Positions 17,495 through 27,200 of a DNA stretch of 64,000 nucleotides are shown in pieces. Source of the stretch: Oscillospiraceae bacterium (GTDB lineage Bacteria; Bacillota; Clostridia; Oscillospirales; Acutalibacteraceae); contig JAIRXU010000008.1 of NCBI GenBank assembly GCA_031268095.1, positions 15,622-79,621 on the forward strand, written 5' to 3'. Position 1 is the first letter of the stretch, and the number at the start of each line of letters is the position of its first letter. Position numbers and translations under genes: made by a program. The notes under the pieces were generated by a model. It was given only the letters and a program-made list of their open reading frames with translations. It made no database searches and was not told the origin of the DNA.

Positions 17495-19210
17495 CTAAAA
17501 ATCTTTGCATCCGCGCAGGAACCGGTCTACCCAATCTTCCTTGCGGAATGCGGAGCAGTTGTTGAGCACTGTCAGCAGTTCATCCATCCAGGCCGGGGCG
17601 GCGTCCTGTCCCGCAGCGGGCAGCATGCTGACAATGATGGTTTCTTCCGCGGGCGCTTTCGCCGCCTGCGCCGCGGCCGCCAGCAGGACCGACGGGACCG
17701 TGGGAACCTCGGCGGCAGCCGGGGACGCCAGTTGGGAGACCGCCAGTTTGCGTTTCAAGCCCGCCGGGTCTGTCAAGTCGGACAGGGATGCGACCCGCCG
17801 GGACGGGGCGGCAGCGGTTGCCGCGGCTGCGGTCCGCTTGGGCGCGCGGGGCGGCGGGGGCGGCACCGGAACGATGACCGGCGTACGCTCGGAAATCACA
17901 TGCGCGGCGGTCGGGATACCGCACGGCTCTTTTGCCGGTGCTTCCAGCGAGGCAGGCTTCAGTTCTTCCGGCAACGGCGCGGCCGGTTCCGCCGAAATTG
18001 GCTGCGGCACTTCCGCCGGCAGCGTCTTTTCGGCCGGCGCGGCCGGCGACGGGCTCATCAGCAATTCTTCCAGAGAACGGTTCATCCTGCGCAGCTTCTC
18101 TTCCGGGCCGCTTTCCCGGGCAGGCGGCGCGAAGTGCGGCGGCGGCAGTGCAGATTCCTCCGCGGAAGATTCTTTCACGGAAAAATCTTCTGCCGTGTCC
18201 GCAACGGACCGGGGCAGGATATCCGATGGCTGAATCGCCGGGCGCGGCGGCAGCTGGGGCTCCGGCAAAGCGGATTTTTCCGGGGACATCAACGGCGCAG
18301 GCGGCTGGACCGACGAGACATGCGGGAAGGCCGGAAACTCTGGCAGCGCCGATTCTTTTGGAAACTCCCGCGCCGGCGGGAGCTGGAACGATTCGACGCG
18401 AACCGGCTCCCCCTGCCCGAACAGGTCCAATGGATTGGGTTGATCAAATGATCCCATGGGATCCTGCGCGCTCCCCAAAGCTGCCGCTTCCGATTCCAAG
18501 GACATCCCCTGCGGTTCCCCAACCGCCAAAACTCCCTCTCTCCCGCTTGCCGGCGCTTCCTCCGGCGCCTGATGTTCTCTCCCCCGCCGCTTTTGATTTT
18601 CTCCATTTTCCCTCTGATTTTTTTTGCGCTGTTTGCCCGCACGGGCCGCATAGACTATGATACAAATGATAATGCTCAGCAGCGCCAGCCCGCCCAGCGG
18701 GGCGGCAACATACAGCAGAAACCCTTGCACGGTATTGATCTTGGTGACAAAATTTAAAATCACAATGGTTTTGTAGCGGTAATTGGATTGGCTGACCGGC
18801 GGAGAATCGGACGTTGGGTTGTGGTCGCCTTTGGTGATCTTATAGACGCCCCGGTCCTCGACGATGCGATGCGTATTCAGTGTCTTGCCGTCTTCCTTGG
18901 TGAAGGTAATCACGTTGCCTTCCTTCAGGTCGGCAAACGGCACGGCGCGGTCAATGACCAGCGCGCCGGGCAGGATGGTCGGCGACATGGACTCGGTCGT
19001 CACCCGGACAGGCCGGAAGCCATACCAAGTTCCCGCCCATCCGCTGATGACATTGGTCAGCGCCAGCGGCAGAATTGCCAGCACCAACAGCAGCGAAAGC
19101 AGAATGATCATCAGGTTGAGCAAGGTATTCTGGGATTTTTCTTTCTTTCCGGCATGCCCGGAATGTTTGCCGGACGCGCCGGCGGGGTTGGGGTTCGACG
19201 CCTGTTTCAT
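17495..19210 (-). CDS. ER/archaeal-type (SipW-like) signal peptidase I with a ~390-aa Pro/Ala/Glu-rich C-terminal extension
   Basis: TM helix, then TTESMSPTILPGALV (catalytic Ser box) and ITKGDHNPTSD (His box), then a second TM helix. ATG 19208-19210 follows AGGAGG, so it is preferred to GTG 19237. Confidence 0.8.
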   Translation of the reverse strand: MKQASNPNPAGASGKHSGHAGKKEKSQNTLLNLMIILLSLLLVLAILPLALTNVISGWAGTWYGFRPVRVTTESMSPTILPGALVIDRAVPFADLKEGNVITFTKEDGKTLNTHRIVEDRGVYKITKGDHNPTSDSPPVSQSNYRYKTIVILNFVTKINTVQGFLLYVAAPLGGLALLSIIICIIVYAARAGKQRKKNQRENGENQKRRGREHQAPEEAPASGREGVLAVGEPQGMSLESEAAALGSAQDPMGSFDQPNPLDLFGQGEPVRVESFQLPPAREFPKESALPEFPAFPHVSSVQPPAPLMSPEKSALPEPQLPPRPAIQPSDILPRSVADTAEDFSVKESSAEESALPPPHFAPPARESGPEEKLRRMNRSLEELLMSPSPAAPAEKTLPAEVPQPISAEPAAPLPEELKPASLEAPAKEPCGIPTAAHVISERTPVIVPVPPPPPRAPKRTAAAATAAAPSRRVASLSDLTDPAGLKRKLAVSQLASPAAAEVPTVPSVLLAAAAQAAKAPAEETIIVSMLPAAGQDAAPAWMDELLTVLNNCSAFRKEDWVDRFLRGCKDF

Positions 19211-19262
19211 TGCGAAGCCTCCTAGTCTCGTTTTCACGTCCTAACGGGTGAGCGGAGAGCGC

Positions 19263-20966
19263 TCAACCCGCTCTGCTTTTTTCCAGTGCCTGCTGCATGT
19301 ATTGGACCAACTTGCTCAAGCCCTTGTCGTTCATGGTCTTGACAAACGCATCCCAATCGCCGTCCAGATTCTTGGCGCCGGTAACGAACTCCCTCGAGGT
19401 TTTGTTGAGGGTATCGATCAGGTCGCTGTAGACGTTCGCATCACTGCCGTTGTTGAGTTCTTCACTCTGCTCGGCGGTAAGGATCAGTTCCGGCAATTCG
19501 TAGCGCAGGCAGGCGCGTCCGATGGGTTCGTAGTACTGACGGGTTACCTGGTTCAGGTAGCCTTGCCAATTCAGCGGGCTAAGCAGATCGGCGCTGCCGT
19601 TTTGGTCCGGGGTGGCCTGCTGCGCCAGCTTCCGGTCAGCGGACATCCAGTAGGGCAGCTCACCCCGGATGGCGCCGTAAATGGCGGTCCCGTCTACCGC
19701 TTTGTCCGCCAGCCGCCAGGTTGCCTGCGCGCCGCCCATGGCTTGAATGCGGTTATCCGCCGGGAACCAGCCAACGCTTTCCGCGCCGTAGAGCACCGTA
19801 AGCGATCCGTGCTCGGAAAGCATCGCGTCCCCGAATCGCAGCGCCAGTTTCTGCCTCTTGTCGCTCAGCCGGGAGGGCACCAGGAAACCGCCCAGCTTCA
19901 CCTGGCTGCGGCGGACCAGCGTACCCTGCTGGCTGCCGTTTTTCAGCGGGGGCAACGGAACGTAAACGGCGGCCCGGGCGGTGTCGTTGAAGAGGGCATA
20001 GAGGTCTTTGGCAAGGATCACGCCGTATTTTTCATTGGCGCGGCTGCCGCCCAGGAAAACCTCCGTCCCCTGCTGGAAAACGTTCTGGTCCAGCAGGCCT
20101 TCGCCGTAGAGGGTGCGCAGGTAAGACAGCGCCTGCCGGAATCCGGGTCCGGTGACCGCGGCGGTCACGCTGCCGTCTTCGGCCAGGCCCAGGAAATTGC
20201 TGTCGGCCAGGTCGTAGTCGGTGTTGACGAAGGCATGGATGAGGTACCCCAAGGTCGTAGCATTGCCTTGCCCGCCGTAAGCTGCGCCCAGCGGGATCTC
20301 GTCGGCCGCGGAACCGTTGCGGTTGCAGTCCTCCGTCTGGAACTTCCGCAGCACGGCCAGCAGCTCATCCGTGGTGGCGGGCATCTGCATTCCCACCCGT
20401 TGCAGCCATTCGGCGTTGATCCAAGCCTTTTGCGGGTATTCCTCGCTGAGGGATTCCTGGAAAGCGGGCAGAGAGTAAATACCGCCGTCCAGCATCAGCT
20501 CCGGCAGACGGGCCGTGTCGCTGCGGATCACTTCGGAAAAATTCGGCATCAGTTTGTCGTCTTGGGCCATGTTGGTGAGGTTGAGGAAGGCGCCCTGCTG
20601 GGTCAGCGCCGTCAGCTGGCTCAGCTCCAGCCCTGTGCCGAGGTAGCAGTCCGGCAGGTCCGCGCCTTCCTTGGGCAGGTCTTCCGCCATTTTGGCGTAG
20701 ACCTTCTCGTTCTCCGCCCCATAATCCAGCCACTTGATCCGCACATGCAACTCATCTTCGAACGCCTTGGTGATCCCGGCCTCGTCCCAGAATTTGATGA
20801 CATCACTGCGGGCGGCAACCTTGATGGTATCCTTGCGGTAGGTTACCAGAAAGAAGACGCCGGTTCCCAGAAGCAGACAGGCCACCAGAATCACCGCGAT
20901 GATCTTCCCGATCGGGCCCTTTTTCTCGTCCTTTTTTGCCTTGTTCGCTTTTTTCTCTTTTGCCAT
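19263..20966 (-). CDS. extracellular solute-binding-protein family 1 homologue (large LplA/YtcQ-like type), TM-anchored, with no cognate ABC genes nearby
   Basis: Lys-rich N-terminus plus a TM helix (IIAVILVACLLLGTGVFFLV). The overall SBP pattern includes the C-terminal ..NLDGDWDAFVKTMNDKGL... ATG 20964-20966 replaces the ORF-track start at 21194. Confidence 0.75.
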   Translation of the reverse strand: MAKEKKANKAKKDEKKGPIGKIIAVILVACLLLGTGVFFLVTYRKDTIKVAARSDVIKFWDEAGITKAFEDELHVRIKWLDYGAENEKVYAKMAEDLPKEGADLPDCYLGTGLELSQLTALTQQGAFLNLTNMAQDDKLMPNFSEVIRSDTARLPELMLDGGIYSLPAFQESLSEEYPQKAWINAEWLQRVGMQMPATTDELLAVLRKFQTEDCNRNGSAADEIPLGAAYGGQGNATTLGYLIHAFVNTDYDLADSNFLGLAEDGSVTAAVTGPGFRQALSYLRTLYGEGLLDQNVFQQGTEVFLGGSRANEKYGVILAKDLYALFNDTARAAVYVPLPPLKNGSQQGTLVRRSQVKLGGFLVPSRLSDKRQKLALRFGDAMLSEHGSLTVLYGAESVGWFPADNRIQAMGGAQATWRLADKAVDGTAIYGAIRGELPYWMSADRKLAQQATPDQNGSADLLSPLNWQGYLNQVTRQYYEPIGRACLRYELPELILTAEQSEELNNGSDANVYSDLIDTLNKTSREFVTGAKNLDGDWDAFVKTMNDKGLSKLVQYMQQALEKSRAG

Positions 20967-21265
20967 AGTTGCAGACTCCGTTTCTATCGAATGTTTGGGA
21001 TCCGTCGCGGAGGGAACGCCGCCATGAAACAGGCGCCCATGATGCCGTTCCCTCTGGGATGGATTTCCTTCATTTGCTATGTCGCGTAACGGGATGAAGC
21101 GCCGTTGTCCGAAGCTGCCCCGGGGACCTGCCCCGGGGTCTTTCCTTCGCCTCTCTCCCTGTTCTTCCCCTGCTCTCTCCCGCTCCGGTACCACACCAGA
21201 GCGGGAGAGATTTCTCCGTGCACCATGCGATGCTTTTGATCAAATGGATCGTGCCGCGGAAAAGG

Positions 21266-24200
21266 TCAGGAACGGGAATGCTTCTTGCGGTACGTCTTGC
21301 GCAAGAACACCACTAGAACAATAATCGCTGCGGAACCCAGCAGGAGGACGATCGCCCAGATGGCCGTCGGCTCATTCATTTTCGGGACGTAACTGTCGCC
21401 GCCGGAGCTGTTGGATCCATTCGAGCCGCTGGAACCATTCGAGCCGTTGGATCCATTCGAACCGCCCGAGCTGTTGGAGCCGCCGACAGTATTGGTGTTG
21501 CTGCTCGAGTTATCGCTCGAATTGTTGGCAGAATTGTCGTTGGTGTTCGTGTTGGAATTGTTGCTGCTGTTGTCAACGTTGATGACCGTATCGCCGCCGG
21601 TGCCGGTGCCGGAACCGCCGGGCAGGTTGATGTTGATATCAATGTTGATATCCCCATTGACGCCGCCAGAACCACCGGAGCCGCCGTTTCCGCCGGAGCC
21701 GCCCGAGTTGCCGCCGCAGTTGCCGCAGGCGCAGGCCCCGCCGCCGTTCCCATTTCCGCTCCCGTTTCCGCAGGTACAGGTGCTGCCGTTTGTGCCGCAG
21801 GAGCAGCCGGGATTCGTCGGGTTACCAGGATTCGTCGGCTGGCAGGTGCAACCGTCGCCCGGATTGCTGGGATCCGTCCCGCCGGGGCCCTTTGTCCCCT
21901 TGTTGAGTACGACCGGGTTCGACGCGCTGCCGCCTGCGTAAGCGACGTTGCGGATGGTGCCCGTTTCGCTGTTGGTTACCTTGGCCTGGAAGGACACTTC
22001 CGTGCTGGCGTAAGGCGCGAGGGACGCGATGATCCAGGTCACGATCCCGTCAGCGTAAGTGCCGTTGGCGGAGGCGCTGTTCGCGACATAGGAGGTCCCT
22101 TCCGGAATGGCGTCGGTCACGGCAACGTTCTTTGCCTGCAAGCCGGAATTGTTGCGGGCGCGCAGGGTGAAGGTGACGACGTCGTCTTTGGACACCACCT
22201 GGTTGACCGCCGTGTTCGTGAACTTCTCCAGGCTGATGGAAGACTTTTGGTTGCTGTGGTAGACCGGGTTGCTCGGGACGCTGCCGCTGCCGCCGGGGCC
22301 GCTCACGGTCGCCTGGTTGCGAATTGGCTGCTGCTCTTCGCCCGCGCCCAGCGCATTGACGGTCACCTTGAAGGAGAGTGTCCGGACTTGCCCGACGGAG
22401 AGCGCGCCCACCGCCCAGGTAATGGTCCGGCCGCTGATGGTGCCGCCGTTGTCGATGGAGCCTTCGACCAGCGTCGTCCCCGCCGGGATTTCATCCGTGA
22501 CGGTTGTGCCGGTCACCGTTGCGGCGCCCAGGTTGGTCACATCAATGGAATAGGTGATCACGTCGCCTTGCGTGACGGCGGTCCCCGCCGCGGGGCTCGC
22601 GTGCTTCATCGCGCCAACACCCTTGAAGCTCGGCTGATAGACGGGATTGTCCACCGCGTTGCCAGGTGTGCCGTTCACAAAGGCCTGATTGTGGATGACC
22701 GTGGTGATGTCTTCTGTCGCCGGAGCATTCACTGTCGCCTGGAAGGAGACGGTCTTGGATGCGCCCGCACCGAGGGAAGCGAGGTTCCAGACCAGGTTCT
22801 GGCTGGTCCGCACACCGCCGTCACTGGCGCTGCCTTCCACAAAGGTGGTTCCCGCGGGGATTGTATCCGTTATGGTGATATTTCTGCGCGCGGCGGAGCC
22901 GAGGTTGGTCACCGTCAGACTGTAGGTGATGGTATCGCCCACTTGCACCTGGGTGTAGTTGGCGCGGCCCGCTGATTTTTGCAGAAGGAGATCCCCTTGG
23001 GCCGGAGACGTCGTCTGGGTGTGGAACACTTGGTTGGTGTTGCGTTCCCCGTTGGGGCCGCCGACGTAAGCGATGGCATCCAGCACACGGAACGGCTGGT
23101 TCGCGCCAAGTTCCTGCACCGTGACGGTGAAGCTCACGTTCTTGGTCGTGCCCTTGAGGAGGCTCGGGATGGTCCAGCGGATTTCGCCCGCGTTGAGGAC
23201 GCCGCCGTCCGTCGCGGAATCCGCGAGGTACACTGTGCCGGACGGGACGGGAATGCGGACAGGGACGTCAGTCAAGTCCGTATTGCCGTTGTTGATGGCC
23301 ATAATGGTGTACGTGATGGTGTCGCCCACCTGGACTCTGCTCTTGGAAACCGGGGCAGTGAAGAGGTAACCGTCCGTATGCGGCTGACTGAAGCTGCCGG
23401 GGTTCACAACGATTTCCTCATTGCCTTCCTTGCCGTTCACCACCGGCGTGTTGCGGATGTACTTCACAGAATTCGCGCCCGCAGGCAACGGGAGGACCAC
23501 CGCGCGGAAACTGACGGACTTACTTTGCTTGCCGCCCAGGGTTGGGATGATCCAGGTGACCGTATTGGTCCCGGCGGCGTAGGTTCCGCCGTCGCTGGCG
23601 GAGCCGTTCACAAAGCCGAGTCCTTCCGGCAAGGTGTCGCCGACGGTGACGTTCGTCGCGGCGAGGGTGCTGTCATTGTAGACCGTCAGGGTATAGGTGA
23701 TCTCCTGGCCAGCCGTTACGGTCGTATTCGAGGGCGGGTTGGAGATCTTGCTGCCGCTGAGGAATTCATCCGCCGGCGGAACCACAATGATAATTTCGTT
23801 GGTGGCCGCTTCCGAGCTGCCGCTGGGATTCGGCGTATAGTAGGCGGTATCCCGAATGATCCCGGGGGTGGTAGAATTGTTGGCGTTGACGGTGACTTCA
23901 AACCAGACCGTCTGGCTTGCGCCGGGGGCGATGGACGCCACCGTCCAGCTGACCTCGTTGTTTGTGCTGTTATACGATCCGCCGGCTGAAATATTGTTGG
24001 CATAGGAGGCCCCGGCCGGGATGGGGTTGCGGACCGGGATGTTGTACGCCGGCGACGATCCGTTGTTGACCAGCACGACGGAATACCGTACCGTAGATCC
24101 GGGCGGGAGCAAGGACCCGTTGATCGGATTCGAGCTCAGCGTCGCGGAGACCAGCGGCATCTGGCCGTTGACGGAATGGAAGATAGGGTTCGAGTAGTAG

Positions 24201-27200
24201 AGGAAGCTTTCCGCCGTGGCCTGGGCCGTGTTCAGGATCACCGCACCCGTTGCCGCCGCGGAATCGACCTTCACCTTGAACGTCAGCGTCCGGGTTTCGT
24301 TCCCAGCCAGCTGGGCGATCTGGAAGGTGACGTTTCCGCCGGAGAGGATGCCGCCGGAACCGGATACGTAGGAGGTTCCAGCCGGAACCGGATCGCTCAC
24401 CAGGATGTTGTTGACCGGCGCGGTGCCCGGGTTGCGGACGGTCAGGGTATAGGCAATCTCACTGTTCGGCGTGACCTGGCTGCCCGCGGGTGGGCTGGCC
24501 GTCTTCGTCAGCTGGATGGGGTGCGGGGGCGGTGTGCCGACATTGATGATCACTTCGTTGCTCTCGCGGCTGATGCCGTTGACCACCGATTCGCCGACGT
24601 TGCGCAGCAGCACACCGGAGGTTCCGGCCGGCAGGACGCTGGCGACCGCTTCGAAGAAGGCGTGTACCGTGTCGCCGGGAGCGACGGAGGGGATCAGCCA
24701 GGTCAACTGCACCTGCCCGCCTTCCAGCGTCGTTACATGCGCGTAATTGCCGATGGCGCCGCCGTCGCCGCCGCCGACCGTGTACTGGCCGGAGCCCTCC
24801 TGATATTTCGTGCCGCCGGGGACAATGTCTTCCAGCAGGACGTTCGTCAGGTTCGAGGTTCCTGTGTTGGTCAGGTAGAGGTGATAGATGATCACGTCGC
24901 CGGGCTGAACCGTGGAACCGTCGATCGGCGTGGAACCCTTAGAGAAAGCGTAGTTCGCGGTTCCCGGATAGTGCTCTGTGGCGTTGGAGTTGACCGTCCG
25001 GCCGCCATAAGTCGCTTGGGCGACGTTTTGGATCGTCGATTGGGCGGAGGAGAGCACCCGCACGGAGAAGTGGAAGGTCACGCTCTGGTTGGCGTTGAGG
25101 CGATTGACGTGCCAATAAATACTGCCGCCCAGAAGGATGCCGCCATTGTCCGCGGAGTTGGGTTCATAAACAGTTCCCGCCGGAATCGGATCATAGACGT
25201 CAATGTCTTCCGCCCGTTGGCTGTTGGGGTTGCTGACGGTGATGGTGTAGGTCACCAGCTGGTTGGGCAGGACCGGCGAGCCCGAGGCAGGCAGGGCTGT
25301 CTTGCTGACGGAAATGGGGGTGACGGCTCCCTGAGCCTGCTGCTCGTGGCTGACGCGGTTGCTGACCGCGGGGCCGTCTGAGGTCAGCGCGTAGGCCTGA
25401 TTGCTCAGCCGACGGGCGCTGCTCCCCTGCGGAAGGGTGCCGACGGTCACCTGGAAACTGACGGTGACGCTCTCCCGGGCCGGGATATTGGTCAGGACCC
25501 AGTGCAGGCGGCCGCTGCTGTTTTCGAGGCTGCCGCCGTTGGTCGCCGTGCCGTTCTGGTATTCCGTCCCCGCGGGAATGTCGTCAAATACCTGGACGTT
25601 GGCAAGGGGGCTGTCGCTGTAATTGAACACGTCCACATAATAAGTGATCGTTTCGCCCTGGGAAACATTGCTGCCGCTGGGCGGAGCAGAGCGCTTGAGA
25701 ACCTGCACCGGCACTTGATTTGTGGTACCCGGATAATGATGGGTCGGGTTGGAGCGGATTGTCTGGCCGCTGTAGGTGGCCGTCGCGGTGTTCTCCAGCA
25801 GGCCCACCCAGTCGCCGCCGTTAACCGTCACCGAGAAGGTCAGCGCCTTCGACTGCCCAGGCGACAGGGACGCGATGGTCCACTGCACCTTGCCGGCGTT
25901 CAGCGTCCCGTTGTCCGAAGCGGAATCCGCAACATACGCGGTGTTCGCCGGAAGCGGATCTTCCACCAGGATGTTGGTGGCCTCCATAGAGGAGTTGTTG
26001 GTCACGGTGATGGTGTACCGAATGGTTGCGCCCTTTTGGACGGTGGATCCCGTGACCGGCGACGCCGTCTTGATCATTTGCAGGGTATTGGTGTCGCGTA
26101 TCACGTTATGCAGGACGACATTCGAGTAATGGGGGCCGTCGCTCTCGAGGATATGGCCCTGGTTGCGCAGCTGGAGGAAATTGACGCCGTCCGGCAAATC
26201 GTCCACCTTGACGCGGAACGTGACGCTGGTGGTCCGTCCCGCCGCGATGCTGGCGATGATCCACTCCATCTGAACGTCGTTCAGGACGCCGTTGGGGATG
26301 GCGGTGTTTTGTACATACGTTACGCCCTTGGGCAGGTAATCGAACACCCGGACGTTGGTCGCCGCAGAGGTTCCGTTGTTCTTGATATCAAGATAGTACG
26401 TGATTTCGTCCCCTGCATGGACGACGCTCCCCGCCGCCGGAATGGCGCGCTTGGTGACGGTCAGGTTTTCCGTTGTCGCCATGTAATGCGCTGTTTCGTT
26501 TGTTTCCACCGCGGTGGCATTGTTGACAGAAACCGTCGCGTGGTTGCGGATCACATTGTCTGTCCCGGTGACAGTTGCCTGGAACGTCAGCTGGCGGATC
26601 GTGCCGGCAGCGAGCCCGGAGATGTTCCAGACCAGCGTGCCGCCTTGCAGCGTGCCGCCGTCGGAGGCGGAACCAGGGATGTATGAGGTCCCGGCGGGAA
26701 TAATGTCGTTCACCCGGATGTTGGTGACAGGGCTGGTGCCCGGGTTCTGAATGTTAATCGCGTAGGTAATCACATCGCCCGTTTCAACCGGTGAACCGCT
26801 GGAAGGAATTGCCGACTTGGATGCGTTGACCGGCGGAGTCTCGCCCGTAACGTAATGCGTCACCTGGTCGGACAACCAAGTCCCCCCCGGAACCAGCAGC
26901 TGCGCTGTGTTGGTCACTTGGTAATTGTAGCCCAGCGCCAACGTTTTGACCTTGAAGGTCACTTCTACTGTCTTGCCGGGTTCAATCTTGGCAATGGTCC
27001 AAGTCAGCGCGTTGTCCGCGAAGGTCGCGGCGGGATTGGCGGAACCGGAGACATAGGTCGTGTTCGCCGGGATGCTGTCGCGCACGTTCATGTTCAGCAG
27101 GTCGTTTGTGCTGCCGTTGGTGACGGTGATGCTGTAGGCAATCTCCGTGCCGGCTTCCACGGTGGATCCCGTGACAGGAACGGCCTTTTTGCCGATGCGC

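Noticed and set aside
19248-21089. 613-aa plus-strand ORF
   Set aside because: It is antisense to the well-supported SBP-like gene. Its composition (Arg/Gly/Ala/Val/Gln-rich) is typical of shadow ORFs in GC-rich DNA, and it has no RBS and no recognisable motifs.
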